Part shown: positions 39,205 to 52,673 of the stretch, piece after piece | Layout of the letters: each line of letters begins with the position of its first letter | How positions within the stretch are numbered: the stretch's first letter is position 1 | DNA from: Hemiscyllium ocellatum | Lineage: Eukaryota | NCBI RefSeq assembly: GCF_020745735.1 | Contig: NC_083447.1 | Coordinates: forward strand, 21,656,755-21,720,754 | Length of the DNA stretch: 64,000 nt | Direction: 5' to 3' | Translations under genes and position numbers: made by a program | Notes under the pieces: generated by a model | The model's input: the letters and a program-made list of their open reading frames with translations, nothing else | What the model was told of the DNA's origin: nothing | Databases searched by the model: none

Positions 39205-40590
39205 GAAGTGAGGACTGCAGGTGCTGGAGATCAGAATCGAGAGTGTGGTGCTGGAAAAGCACAGCAGGTCAGGCAGCATCCAAGGAGCAGGGAGAATCGA
39301 CGTTTCAGGCATAAGCGCTGCATCAGGAATTTGTCTTGTGGGCTGGGGAGCGTGGGGGTAGGGAATCTAGCTAAGAATGCAAATAGGTACATGAAGCTGG
39401 TGGAGAAGGTGATAGGTTGAAGAGCAGGGTGGAGTGCATCAATGGGAAAGGTGATGGACAGTTCAAGAGGGCGGTGCTGAGTTGGAGGCTTGGGATTGGG
39501 ATAATGTGGTGAGAGAGGAAATGAAGAAACTGGTGAAATCCACATTGATCCCACGTGGTTGCAAGGTCCCAAGACGGATTCTTCCTTGACGCATCGGCTG
39601 GTAATGGTTTGGCGATGAAGGAGGCTGACGTCCTTCATGTCGTTGGCAGAGTGGCAAGGGAAGTTGAGGTGTTCAACCATAGGACGCTCTGGTTGGCATT
39701 CTTCCTCGAGGCATCGGCTGGTAACAGTTTGGCGATGAAGGAGGCTGAGGACCTTCATGTCCTTGGCAGAGTGGCAGGGGAAGTTGAGGTGTTCAGCCAT
39801 GGGACGCTATGATTGGTTGGTGCGGGTGTCTCACAGATGTTCTCTGAAATGATCTGGACGTTGGTGTTCTGCCTGATGTAGAGGAGACCACGTCGTGTGC
39901 AATGGATAGAGCAGATGGCATTGGTGCAGATATAGGTAAATTACTGTCGGTTCTGGAAGGATCCTTTGGGGCCTTGGATAGAGGTGAGAGGGGAGGTGTG
40001 GGTGCATGGTGTATGGGCTGGTCGGGGATGGGCATCAATCTGAGTTGTGGAGGGAATGGTCTCGCCAGAAAGCTTTAGGGATTGGGAGGGAAATATATCT
40101 CTGGTGGTGGGGTCCATTTGTAGGTGGCAGAAGTGGCAGGGGATGATGCAATATATACGGAGGTTGGTGGGATTGAAGGTGAGGACCAGGGTGGTCTGTC
40201 ATTGTTGGCCAAGGTGGGGTTCAATGGCGGATGTGCTGGAAGTGGCAGAGATGCGCTGGTGGGTGTCGTTGACCACATGGGAAAGGAAATTGCCATGTTT
40301 GAAGAAGGAGGCCATCTGTGATTTTCTATGGTGGAATCGGTCGTCCTTGGGAACAGATGGAACAACGGTGGAGGAATTGGGAATAAAGGAAGGCATTTTT
40401 ACAGGAGGTAAGGCGGGGGGAGATGTAGCCTAGGTAGCTACCTTTCTCCCAACCACATCCCTCCCTCCCATTTATCTCTCAGTCCCCTGGTCACAAGTGT
40501 CATCCCTGATGCAGGGGTTAAGCCTAAAACATCAATTCTCCCATTCATCGGATGCTGCCGCACCTGTGCGCTTTTCCAGCACCTCGACAT
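39205..40590 (-). mobile_element. Degenerate Penelope-like element of a second family with inverted terminal repeats
   Basis: Minus-strand ORF remnants with GIY-YIG traces (IHCTRRGLLYI; AEHLNFPCHSAKDM). Decayed hammerhead-bearing repeats at 39205-39330 (minus) and ~40500-40590 (plus). Internal 120-bp tandem duplication at ~39579-39818. Confidence 0.8.
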
Positions 40591-41399
40591 TGTTTAGAAA
40601 AACGTTTGTTTACTAATTTCAATTCATTGGTGCCTGTTTATGCTTCTCATTTGAAATTCTACAGGTGTTTAATTCTAATGGCCATTGCCTCTGTAATTTG
40701 CATTCCTGTTACACCCTCCATGCAGTTTCCCCTGAGTTTCGCAGTAGACACTCGTCTCCCTGTCTAATTTACACCTCCCACAGCTGGCTACATAACAGTG
40801 TACAGTGGAAGAACAGGCTGTTTTGTCCAGCACATTTTTACTGATCATGGTACAATGATCAGAATTATACCGGGGTTCATCCTGTTAATCATGAAAATGG
40901 TTTACACAAATCTGACTGTGTTCTCTTCTGTACAGAAGATTGAACATGAGCTCAGTTAAAGGCTTTATTTCGGAATTTTATGCGAATATTTTTCCAACAG
41001 TTATAGGCTATTTCCCTCAGGGGAAAACCAGCGCAACATTATTTCATTTCATGTTGAGAATTAGACCTTTCAGAAGTAATACCAAAAGTCTCATTCTCTG
41101 AAACGACTATGCTAATTGATAGGCAGTTGGAAGTTTAGAAGCAATGATCTCGGCTGGAGGTTGCTGATTAAAGTCAAGAGAGTGATCTGTAATTATATAA
41201 TTGATTGATGGAGCAATCCCGAAGAGTTGTACAGATGCCCATGATTCAATATTATCATTGAATCATGTTCTAGCCACTTTATTTCGGGTTCGTATGGAGG
41301 CTTGTACTGTCCATTTTGGGAATAGAAACGTTGACTGTACATTTAAGTAAAACATTTTCGGTTTTTTGGATTGCTCTAATTTTTTCTGCAAGTTGATTC

Positions 41400-42630
41400 T
41401 TTCAATAGACAATAGACAATAGGTGCAGGAGTAGGACGTTCAACCCTTCGAGCCTGCACTGCCATTCAATATGGTCATGGCTGATCATTCCTAATTAGTA
41501 TCCGCTTCCTGCCTTATCTCCATAACCCTTGATTCCACTATCTTTGAGAGCTCTATCCAACTCTTTCTTAAATGAATCCAGAGACTGGGCCTCCACTGCC
41601 CTCTGGGGCAGAGCATTCCACACAGCCACCACTCTCTGGGTGAAGAAGTTTCTCCTCATCTCTGTCCTAAATGGTCTACCTCATATTTCTAAGCTGCGTC
41701 CTCTGGTTCGGCACTCACCCATCAGCGGAAACATGTTTCCTGTTGCCAGAGTGTCCAATCCTTTCATAATTTTATATGTCTCAATCATATCCCCTCTCAG
41801 TCTTCTAAACTCAAGGGTATACAAGCTCAGTTGCTTCAGTCTTTCAGTGTAAGATAATCCCTCCATTCCAGGAATTGACCTCGTGAAACTATGCTGCACT
41901 CCCTCAATAGCCAGAATACCTTTCCTCACATTTGGAGACCAGAACTGCACGCAGTACTCCAGGTGTGGTCTCACCAAGGCCCTGTATAACTGCAGAAGCA
42001 CCTCTTTGCTTCTATACTCAATCCCTCTTGTTATGAAGGCCAGCATGCTATTAGCCTTCTTCACTACCTGCTGTACCTGCATGCTTGCCTTCATTGACTG
42101 GTGTACAAGAACACCCAGATCTCTCTGTACTGTCCCTTTACCTAAATTAATTCCATTGAGGTAGTAATCTTCTTTCCTGTTCTTGCCACCAAAGCGGATA
42201 ACCACACATTCATCCACATTAAACTGCATCTGCCCATTCACCTAACTCGTCCAGGTCACCCTGTAATCTCCTAACATCCTCATCACATTTCACCATGCCA
42301 CCCAGCTTTGTATCATCAGCAAACTTGCTAATGTTATTGCTGATACCATCTTCTATATCATTAACATATATTGTAAAAAGCTGCGGTCACAGCACAGATC
42401 CTTGTGGTACCCCACTGGTCACTGCCTGCCGTTCTGAAATGGAGCCGTTTCTCATTACCCTTTGTTTCCTATCAGCCAACAAATTTTCAATCCAATCTAG
42501 TACTTTGCCCCCAATACTATGCGCCCTAAGTTTACTCACTAACCTCCTATGTGGAACTTTATCAAAAGCTTTCTGAAAGTCCAGGTACACTGCATCTACT
42601 GGATCTCCCTCATCCATCTTCAGAGTCATG
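41400..42630 (-). mobile_element. CR1 LINE 3' half
   Basis: AVYLDFQKAFDKVPHRRL...GVPQGSVL; LYRALVRPHLEYCVQFWSP; sits at the copy-B junction lacking V1/V2. Confidence 0.92.
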
Positions 42631-42728
42631 TATTTTACAGAACGTTCAAAACCAGTGTGAATCCATTTTTAAGTTCGTTATCGTTTTAAAAGATTTATTT
42701 TACGTATAACCGGGAGAAGAAGATTCGT

Positions 42729-43040
42729 CGGCACGGTGGCACAGTGGTTAGCACTGCTGCCTCACAGCGCCAGGGACCTGGGTTCAATTCCCGCCTCAGG
42801 CGACTGACTGTGTGGAGTTTGTACGTTCTCCCCGTGTCTGCGTGGGTTTCCTCCGGGTGCTCCGGTTTCCTCCCACAGTCCAAAGATGTGCGGGTCAGGT
42901 GAATTGGCCATGCTGAATTGCCCGTAGTGTTAGGTAAGGGGTATGTGTGGGGGTGGGGGTGTGGGTGGGTTGTGCTTCGGCGGGTCGGTGTGGACTTGTT
43001 GGGCCGAAGGGCCTGTTTCCACACTGTAAGTAATCTAATC
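42729..43040 (+). mobile_element. Full-length tRNA-derived SINE with CR1-type 3' tail (HE1/V-SINE-like)
   Basis: A box GGCACAGTGG, B box GGTTCAATTCC, conserved body, tail GGGCCGAAGGGCCTGTTTCC...TAATCTAATC; absent in copy A at ~11000. Confidence 0.9.
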
Positions 43041-44688
43041 TATAACAAGCATTGGATCCACGGTGACATGTCCATTTGGATTCAGAATTGATTTACCCAT
43101 AAAAGATAGAAATGAATGGTTTTTTCAGGCTGCAGGTCCGTGACTCATGGTGTTCCACAGGGATGCATAGTGGGGCTTCTGTGGTTTGTGGTTTATGTGA
43201 ATGACTCTGATGAAAACATGGATATATGGGTGAGTAAGTTTGCAAATTACACAAAGATTGTTGGTAGTGTAAAAATGTGTCAAATAATACAGCGCGAAAT
43301 GGATTAGTTGCAGATTTGGGCAGAGAAATGGCAGATCGAGTTTAATCGGGGTAAGTGTGTGGTGCTGCACTTCAGGAGATCAAATGTTAAGGGAAATGAT
43401 ACAGTTGATGACAGGGGCCTTAACAGCATTGATGTACAGAAGACATAGGGGTCCTAATCTATAACTTTCCCTAAAAGTGACCACAAAAGTAGAGTGGCAA
43501 AGCAAGTACATGACACGCTTGCCTTTTCTTTTTATCGGTGAATTGAGCTTTATAAAACTTTGGTCAGGCTGCACATTTTGTGTGGCCTCCAATTCTAATC
43601 GCCACGTTGCAAGAAGGATGTGGAGGCTTGGCAGAGATTGTGGAAGAGGTTTACCAGGATCCTGCCTCGATTAGAGGATATGACCAAAAACGAGAGATTG
43701 GACAAACTAAGGTTGTTTTCTCTGGAGCAGCGGAGGCTGAGGGATGACCTAAAAGAAGTTTACAAAATATTAGCTGCTTAGATACAGGTGACAGAATCTG
43801 TGTTCCCCATAGTTGAAATCTCTAATAATAGAGGACATGCATTTAAGGTGAGAGGGGTAAAGTTCAAAGGCCAAGTTTGTTTCTTACACAGAGGTTGGTC
43901 GGTGCCTGGAACACGTTGCCAGGGGTAGCGGTTAGGGCATTTAAGGGTCTTCTAGATAAGCACATACATTAGCAAGGAATAGTGGAATATGGACCATGGT
44001 CAGGCAGAAGGGATTAGTTTGATTTGGCACAACATCGTGGGACGAAAGGCTTGTTTTAATGCTGTACTGTTCTATGTTTTGTGTTCCAGAGGGGGAAGGG
44101 GGAGCTGGCGATGAGGGGATGGGTGCAGGCAGCTGGGAGGAAGCGGAACTGTATCTGGAAGATGGGGGAACAACTCTAAAACAGGTTCATTAGAGTGTTA
44201 TTAGGAGAAACTTGTCGGATTCTGGTGGTGCTGATTAAGGTTTCAATACTCAAAGCTAAATTGGGAGAGTTTTTTTTGCACTCGTACATCCAGATATAAT
44301 GTCAAAAGGCGAATAAGCGAAGCAAAAAAACAAATCATTCATGATGACCCCTGGTCTAAGTGAATGACTGAACAGCATCAAGGTCCTGTATCGTCTCCTT
44401 CTCAGACCCTAATGGCTGAATAGTCTGCTCGTAAGCCTGTGAAATAGCCGCAACGATGGCTTCAATAGAGTGGGTAATAGAGTCACCCACATCGCAAGTA
44501 CGAATAAAAGAAATCTTGTTTCTCCTCGGAATCCCTTCCCCTTCAATGGCTTCTTCCTGCTCCTGAACAACAAATTCAAGGGAAGTAAGCGGTCTTTTTT
44601 CTCTCCTTACCTTACTTCACTGAGACTTCCTCTGTATATGTGTTCCAGTTTAGCTATATGCTCGGCCTTGGTCTTTTCCGTCGTCTTC

Positions 44689-44704
44689 CAGCACCATCTG
44701 CTGT
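44689..44704 (-). promoter_or_regulatory. CTCF-like motif downstream of V8 RSS
   Basis: Minus strand ACAGCAGATGGTGCTG; 215 bp past the nonamer; paralogous to the V3 site. Confidence 0.6.
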
Positions 44705-44918
44705 TCTTCTGTGGAAGTGCACACTGTCGCCGCATAAAATCTTAACGTTTAAAGGAAATAAAACTGAAAAGTTCAGACGAATTCTTGTTAATCATCTCCG
44801 CTCACCATTTGTTGTCACTGCACATTCTTTTCTGTCAAAACGCATTCACTGCGCGGAAGAGAAATCGAACGCAACACCGTCTGTTTTAACATTCACGGCT
44901 GTTTCATGTCGCCTTTGA

Positions 44919-44957
44919 GGTTTTTGTTGCGCTGCTCCCTCTCTCTGAGTCACTGTG
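44919..44957 (-). other. Consensus 23-RSS of V8
   Basis: CACAGTG + ACTCAGAGAGAGGGAGCAGCGCA + ACAAAAACC. Confidence 0.95.
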
Positions 44958-45486
44958 AATACTCCAGGCGCAGTAATACATGGCCGACTGATTCGCCCAT
45001 AGGCTGGTGGTCTCCAGAATGAACTCAAGATCACTCGGCCGCTTGGCGGTGAACCCGTCCACCGACCCGTCTGGATCTACTACTCTGGTGGTAATAGAGT
45101 AAAACATCAGCTGCAACCCCTTCCCTGGGGCTTGTCTGTACCAGAACATGTTTGGGGTACTTGCTCCTTCCACATGACACTGCAGTTTCACTCCCTGCTC
45201 CGCAAACTGGGAGACGGCAGCGGGAGTCTGTCGGATAGTCTGCGACTTCGCACCTGAGGAAAAGGCAGGGAAAGTCAAAGGTCAGAAAATGGGACACAAT
45301 GAGATTAGGAGAAGGAAGAAAGAAAGGATGAAAAGAGAAAGAAAGATATCGAGAAAGAAATCCAAACAAAGTGCAGAAAGAAAGGAAGATGGAAAATAGA
45401 AAGGAGAGCTCGCTGTTCAATAAGAATTTTTATTTGGAAAGTCCTTTACGATGCAACATGATGAACAGAGCCAGCAACAGACGCAT
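44958..45486 (-). CDS. TRBV: V8: functional TCR beta-like V segment (paralog of V3); leader exon 45450-45486, V exon 44958-45253
   Basis: MRLLLALFIMLHR/AKSQTIRQTPAAVSQFAEQGVKLQCHVEGASTPNMFWYRQAPGKGLQLMFYSITTRVVDPDGSVDGFTAKRPSDLEFILETTSLWANQSAMYYCAWSI. GT-AG intron of 196 nt. Confidence 0.94.
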
Positions 45487-46496
45487 CTTCAACGACAAGG
45501 TTCCAATATATACAAACTGGTTGATGAGATAACATTGAAATACAGTGCTCCTCTTCTTGCTCTGTGATTGACAGTCCAGCTACTCCCTATAAAGTCGTCT
45601 TTCCCATTATTGGCTCCGCCCCTAAATCTCTGATTGGAATATTGGGAGGAGCGCGGCTTTTTAAAAACTCGTGTTTGGAATGTGGGCGGCGCTGGAGAAG
45701 ACAACATTATTGGCCATCCTTAATTACCCCGAGGACAGTTAAGTGTCAATCATATCCTTCTGATGCAGCGTCAACTCGTGTGGAGACGTTAGCTTGCTCT
45801 CTCTTCATAGGTGCTGCCCGATTCGCTGTGATCTCCATCATTTCTTTGTTTTTAATATAGCTCTGAGTTTTGAGTCATATGTAGGCCAGACCAGCTAAAG
45901 ACGCAGATTTTTGTTTTACGACCTGAAGGGAATTCGTGATAAAGAATTTATTTTAAGGCAATCGACACTGGTGCCCCAAGGCTTGCTCTTTATTCCAATT
46001 TTCATTCTTTTAAAATATCACCATCGAAACCGGGTCTCTAGCGTATTAACCTGGATTTTTGGATTACTAGTGACATTACCAGCAAACATCGGAAGGCACA
46101 TGACTAATCAGTTGAGGGGGCCAAAGCTCTGGTTCATTGCAGAAATTGTGATGATAATCTGACTATACCCTCGAGGGTGCTGTGTGCATGTCTCCATAAT
46201 CCTACAGGGCAATCTCTCCCACAACCCCCGGGCGGGGAGCGACTCATTCATAGTGACCTCAGCTGGTCCTCAAAACGATCTTGCTCTGCGTGGGTCGCAA
46301 ATGACCCGCTCAGCCAAAGGAGCTAATACATTCAATAGTACTTCATGGATATGGGAACAGTCCATAGAGAGGACAATACCCTTCACATTGGAGCTTCAAA
46401 AGAATGGTATTTTTTGAGGAGATCATGTGTTCGATTTTGCGAACTCATGACCACAATTATCGAGAACCATGACGACGGCCATTTGTAAAGAATTTT

Positions 46497-46520
46497 ATGT
46501 GTGTGTGTGTGTGTGTGTGT
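46497..46520. repeat. (TG)n microsatellite
   Basis: About 12 TG units; only a short TGTG tract in copy A (15198-15208). Confidence 0.95.
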
Positions 46521-49500
46521 CAATTTAGCTAATATAAAGGATCATATATTTCAAGGTACGTCTCATACACGTAGACGATAATGAAGATGTTGCAAAAATT
46601 GAAGAATTCAGAAAAGTTTTACAAACATGTTGCCAATTGCAATAGGATCTCTTTTTGTTGGAGGCTTTCAGCTATAGGGAGAGGTTGAATAGGCTGTGAC
46701 CGTTTTTCCTGGAGCGTTAGAGTTTGAGAATTCACCTTATAGAGGTTCATAAAATCATGAATGGGCATGGAAAGGGTAAATAGGAAAGTTCTCATCTCTG
46801 GGGTGGGCGAATCCAGAATTTGGGGGCATGGGTTTTGGGTGAATTTTTAAAGTGTCCTAAGGTGCAACGTTTTCAGCAGAGGGCGTGCGTTTATGGAATA
46901 AGTTGCCAGAGGCTGATACAATTGCAACATTTAAAAGACATCTGGATGGGTGTATGAATAGGAAGGGTTTACAAGAATATGGGACAAGTGCTGGCAAATG
47001 AAACTAGATTTACGATGTCTGGTCGGCTTGGATAAATTGGAGCAAAGGGTCTGCTTTATTCCTGTGATTTGTTCACAATTCAAAGTATAAGTTGCAACCT
47101 GTGACAACGCCACTAGAGGATAAACAGATTGTTGACACATACCTTGATTGTTCTCAGTAAAGTACGTTGAAGAAAACATTCCATTTCCCATCCCAAGTGA
47201 AGGGTATTCCTCCCTGGGTATTTATTTAATCTTTGTGTTCCATTCTCCACCTGGGTTTGGAAAGACAGTTACTGCTCTAGCAATAGTGAAATCATATGTC
47301 ATATTAAACAAGAAGATAAGGAAAATTCCTTCTTTACAGACTCCAGTTCCTAATACATTCCATGAACCAGTCAGTGACTAGTGGTTTCTGATGTGTTGTG
47401 TTATAGACTTGGCCAGGCCCTCTCAAAATATTTTAAGAAGGTAATCTAGACGCCAACATTTTCTCATTTTAAAGGCAGATGAGAAGTGGATATTCCAGGT
47501 ATTATACAACTGGTCAAATCAGTCGACTTTAAGCAAAGCAAAAATTAATTAAACACTACATTTGAAACACAAGCAAAAGAAAGCAGAATTTAGCATAACT
47601 TCACAATTGGAAAAGTTATCCGACTCAAAACAGCAACGTATTAACTGTTCCAATATAGCAAAATGCCATAAACGCATCCCTTGGCAAAAACGTAAATTCA
47701 AACACAGATTCTTACAGGCAGGAAGAACGACATCCAGAGATTTTAGAGAAAGTCAGTTAGAAATCATTTATTGAAGCTTGCAACCCTTCTGGTGCTCAAA
47801 ACATCTTGTGATTGCTACAATAAAAAAAAACAAAATACTCTGAACTGAGAGAACTGGCCACTCCTTTTCCATTGCTAAACTGTTTTAGCTTTCTAGCACT
47901 CCTGTCTCTTCATCCCCAGCCTTTGAAACCTCTCTTCAAAAGAAAACACAGGACAGAATAATATTTTTAAAGAAACAACATCGTCACAGGATCGTCAAAA
48001 ATCCATATTTCCAATCTAAATCAGAGAGAAGATTGACCACTTTACTTTCTAGATGTTTCAGTATGTTGAAGTTATGAAAAAAGTCTTGTGAAATCAAAGG
48101 AGGTCTATGAAATAGACACGCCACAGACGCGTAAATGGGAGAAATCAACAATTCTAGAAATAAATTCTAAAGTACATTATTGAATGGGCATACCACTGAA
48201 CGTAAACTGGTCAGTAAACAGTGTCTCAGTGTTACCAGGCAAGTTTACGTGCTTACAAAAGAAGGCATTGCAACGTTCCTCAATTAAAATACGGGTACAT
48301 AGAGGAAATTATTTCAAACTAATGAGTCATACCAGATCGACGTTCATATTCAAAAGGAACAAGAGAGACTCCATTTCACATCCAAAATCAGAAATGTTCC
48401 CTTATAATGAATGAATTCAAGCTAAAAGATGACGTTAGCTGACCAGAACGGCTGCATACAACAGGTGCAGATTCAAAGGCTTGATTATGGAAGAGAATTC
48501 CCGATGTTTGATAGGTTTTGAAAATTTGAAGTTAGAATATCACATTGCCTCAGAGAGAATATAAAACCAATTCACTTTCCCACTACAAAGCTCACATCCA
48601 CTTCTGTGCACACTTTAAAAATATCCTAATCCACAGCTTGGTCCATCATAGCACCCAATGCATCTTCAGCAGGGTTGGGGACAGTACTCTTACAGGTATA
48701 GGAAGATGTAAAGCAGAAGCTTTATGGATTATTCTTTGAGATGGACCAGCAATATGCAAATATTGAAGTGGCGATTTTAGCATGGGCAAGCAATAAAAAC
48801 CCGGACTATGTAATAAGACTGCAGTTTAAGATTAAAGCCAGCTATAAACCATTGGTCACTCTGCTGAAGACAAAATAGTGACAGTTAAGACACCTCCCCA
48901 GAATTCAAGAGATCGGATTGAGGCTGATGAAGTATAGCTTAGCCATTGAATCTGTGCAGATGAAGTACAAGATTCCATTCAGGACAACAGTAATTTGCAG
49001 AGTGAAAACAGTTTTCGCCTTCACTTAGGAAGTAGAAGTCTAAATCTCAGAAGTCACAAAGGATTTGCCACGTACAGAAGGAAAACTAGATATTTCAGGG
49101 ACCTCAAAAATATGATAAGGAATGGAACTTGTTAAATATGTAGAATGTGTCTTAAATAGTTGATGGAGCTGTTCAGGCAAATAATCGATATATCCACCTT
49201 CTGCCAGTACTTGGAGCAACGTCGACACCATACTCTCATCAATGACTTTCCAATCTCCGAAGGATAATTTGTAATATTTGGAACAACAATACCTGAAATT
49301 CTTCGGGTAGTTCATCTGGATCATTTAGTAATTACAAAGTGCCATTCAAGAGTGCAAATGTCAGTCTGGTGGCCCGAGGTTTCTTGAGATGAAACGAAAT
49401 ATTTGTTTTTAAGAAGTGAAAAGGGCTAGAACCCAAACAGCAGCATTTTGGAGACTAATTGCAGCTGGATACCATGGAGATGAATAAAAGCAAAGGTCAT

Positions 49501-51277
49501 ATAAAGTGGAAGTTTGCACACGCAAAATACTCACGAGGTTGTGATTCAGTTGAATGTTTCAAGCATAATGCTGGTGATTTTTGCTTGTAAGTCGTTGTGA
49601 TATAATAAGTATGAACAGGCAGAAGAAACAACTGAATTTGTCATGATTACTAAATGTTCAGAAGGCGCTGAATCGGTCCAATGTGGAAACGGGTCTTTCA
49701 GTCTTTTGGACTATAACCAGGTATCATTTGATTTTTGACCTAGTCCACGCAGGTCCAATTCCAGCATCTCCCCATCATGAATAGTATTTAGGGTGGGAGT
49801 TGGATTAATGAAGTTAAGTTAATAGTTAGCTGTAACCTCATTAGATAGGTGACTCTATGAGGTCTATGATTTCTGTGTTCTTGCTGTGCAACATGCTCGA
49901 AGGACACCCTCGGCTATACAATTGCTAAAAGAGAAGGCCATCTCTTTGTTTTGTTTCTTTCCACATTTGTTGTTCTAACGTGTTTTATGTTGACCCTAAT
50001 TCCCCAACTGTGCAAAATGGACATGGTCTACTAGCTGAACGAGTTCAACCCGTGGAAATCATCTTGGACTCCATCAATGTACGACTGTGTAAGCTCCTTG
50101 TTACATTTTGCTGACACCTCTTTCTGAGCCCCATGCCAACATATTCAATGCACAGTTCCGTCTTCTCCAACGCATGTTCTAATCACAGGATCATTACAGT
50201 GTAAAAGGAAACCATTCAGCTCATCAAATGTGTACGGCTTTTCTAGCATTCTAACTTGGTTAAAAGTCTTCTGCTGTTTCCTGGTATCCTGCGCATTATT
50301 TTTCTTTAAATACATGTCCAACTCCCTCTTGTGTACCTCAGTAAATCTTGTGTCCACAACAGTTCCGAGTACTGCCTTCTATTTTCCAATGACTCACTGT
50401 GTTTAAACGTATTTCCTTCAGCTCCCGTTTGCTTATTTTGCTAAACAGCTCTAAACCGTACTCCCTGGTTCTCGATCTTTTTGGAAGTAGAAACTTTTTT
50501 CTCCATATCTACACTATGAACATTTGTCGTTTTTCAAACCTTCTGTCAAATCCTCGTTTGCCTTTTCCGCACCAAGGAGATCAATTTCAATATTTTCGGT
50601 CTATCCTCAGAACTGAAATGGTACATCCCCGGAACCATTCTTATAAACCTTTATTGCACTCTCTCAATTGCATTCACTGCTTCACCTGTTCCCAGTGCTG
50701 CAGCTGAGCTCTAACCATTGCCTTAAATAAACCCATAAAAGTGTCCCTGCTCTTGCACTTTACCTCCCTACGTTTAGAATATTGTATGTTTTAATAACGG
50801 ATTTCTCCATCATCATCAATGACTTACACACATATACCCGCAGGTCACCCTGCTCCTGCACATCCTGTAGAATTTTGCTTAACACTATACTCGCCATGTT
50901 TCTCCTGAATTTCCCTTTGGGATTATTTGTGACTCATATTCATTCTGTCCTGGCCTTCCAGATCAGAAACATTTTCTGACATGAATCCTTTCATAAGTAT
51001 AAAGAACTTTATTAGATACGTTCTGAATGTTGTGGCTTCAATAGAATTGGAAGGATTACGTTGAGTCTTTGTTGGAATTTCTGAGTTCTGGGAACCTCCT
51101 TGTGTAGTTGCCTTTTCACGCTTCTCAGCATTCCTCGATCTAGCTTTCACTAACTCTTTCTCTCGACTTTCGAGCAAATACAACAGGTCAAGGAGAAGCA
51201 TAGTTTGGGCGAAGGCAGCTGTTTCCTGCCACGTTTGGGGTTTTTGTTGAAGTTCCCCCTCTGCCTTAGCCGCTCTG

Positions 51278-51723
51278 AACTATCTCGGCGCAGTTGCACA
51301 GACTTAAGTGATTCAACCCAAGCTGGAAGTCTGCACGTAGAACTCAGAGTCACTTGATCTGTCGGCTGTAAAACCGACCACCGGCTGGTTTGGAATCGCA
51401 GACTGTGCAGTAAGGGAGTGAAACATCAGCTGCGTCTCCTTCCCCAGTTGTTACCTGTACCAGTAAATGTAAAGATCGCTGGTGCCCAGCACTGCAGTTC
51501 TACTCTCTGCGGAGGATTGCTGGAGACAGCTGCGGAACTCTGTCGAATAGTCTGCGAGTCGGCGTCAGAGATAAAGAAAAGCAGTAAATTGGAACATCTA
51601 GGTCAGTATCGAAAAATCGAAAAAGATGTGGGACAAAAAGCAACGCAGAAAGTCACGCTAAGCAACCGAAAACTTGGTTTGCAAACCTTCATAACGGCAG
51701 AAAATGCCCAGTGACGGGTACAT
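51278..51723 (-). pseudogene. TRBV: V9: TCR V pseudogene (paralog of V5)
   Basis: SQTIRQSSAAVSSNPPQRVELQC, then a deletion/frameshift, YWYR* stop and further frameshifts. Acceptor AG lost. Heptamer CAGAGCG (51271-51277), nonamer ACAAAAACC (51239-51247). Degenerate leader at 51687-51723. Confidence 0.85.
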
Positions 51724-52633
51724 CTTATGTCTGCTACTTCCTCTTAATGAAACGACGACTCGAGATCAAGAGTTTAGGATCTTGTAATATGACACCCACT
51801 TTCTGAGGAATCTTCTTGACGATCAGGAAGAAGTGAAGAAGGTTTGCACCCACCCTCTACCTCGTTCTACCCAATCAGAATAAATTCATTTGTTTCTTTG
51901 AAATTCCTCCTCAGTCGGTGTTAATGAAAATGCAAGCAATCACGTCTGGATTCCCGATTAGTCACAAGTGCATTGACGATTTGGTATACAATGGGAGAAA
52001 GTGAAGACTGCAGATGCTGGAGATCAGAGTCGAGACAGTGGTGCTGGGAAAGCATAGAAGGTTAGACAGTATTCCAAGAGGAGGGGAATTGACGTTTCGG
52101 GCATGAGTCCTTTTTTCAGGAATTGTATGTCAGGGATGACAAGTAGACATACAATGACTACTTCTTATCCAGGATATCAGTTTGGACGAACTCAAAGGGT
52201 TTCCCTATATTTCCGACTTTAAATTTCAAAAATACACACTATTCCTGATGGCACCTCATCTTGAGCTTGGCACATTTCAATAGTTATATTGCCAGTAATG
52301 TGTCTGAGACAAGTGTACGTACTGATCATAACACCTTTCAGCTTTTATGAAAAAAAGGATAAAAACACGCAAACTATTTAGAATGGAGCTTATCATTGCA
52401 ACCATTCAATTTACAACTTTTATGCATAGCAGGAAGAGAGAACAATACTGCCAATGCATTGTTGCAACTGAGATGAAGGAAGGTAGAGGCATTTGGAGGA
52501 AAGGAAAATGGACTGAAATGGACTATAGTACTGGATGTTTGCATGCTTAGAGTCATTTTAATGTATTGTAGCTTACTAATAGCATAAAGCGAAGTAGGGT
52601 GTAGGTTTGCTCGCTGAGCTGTAGGTTTGATAT

Positions 52634-52673
52634 CCAGACGTTTTGTTACTTGGCTAGGTAACATCATCAGTGG
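52634..52673 (-). ncRNA. Minimal type I hammerhead ribozyme motif in left PLE terminal repeat (G12A variant)
   Basis: CCA CTGATGA T GTTAC ctagccaa GTAAC AAAAC GTC TGG: stem I CCA/TGG, 5-bp stem II, palindromic ACGT stem III. Confidence 0.75.

Noticed and set aside
42729-42800. tRNA gene
   Set aside because: The A/B boxes belong to a SINE head followed by SINE body and CR1 tail; no complete cloverleaf.
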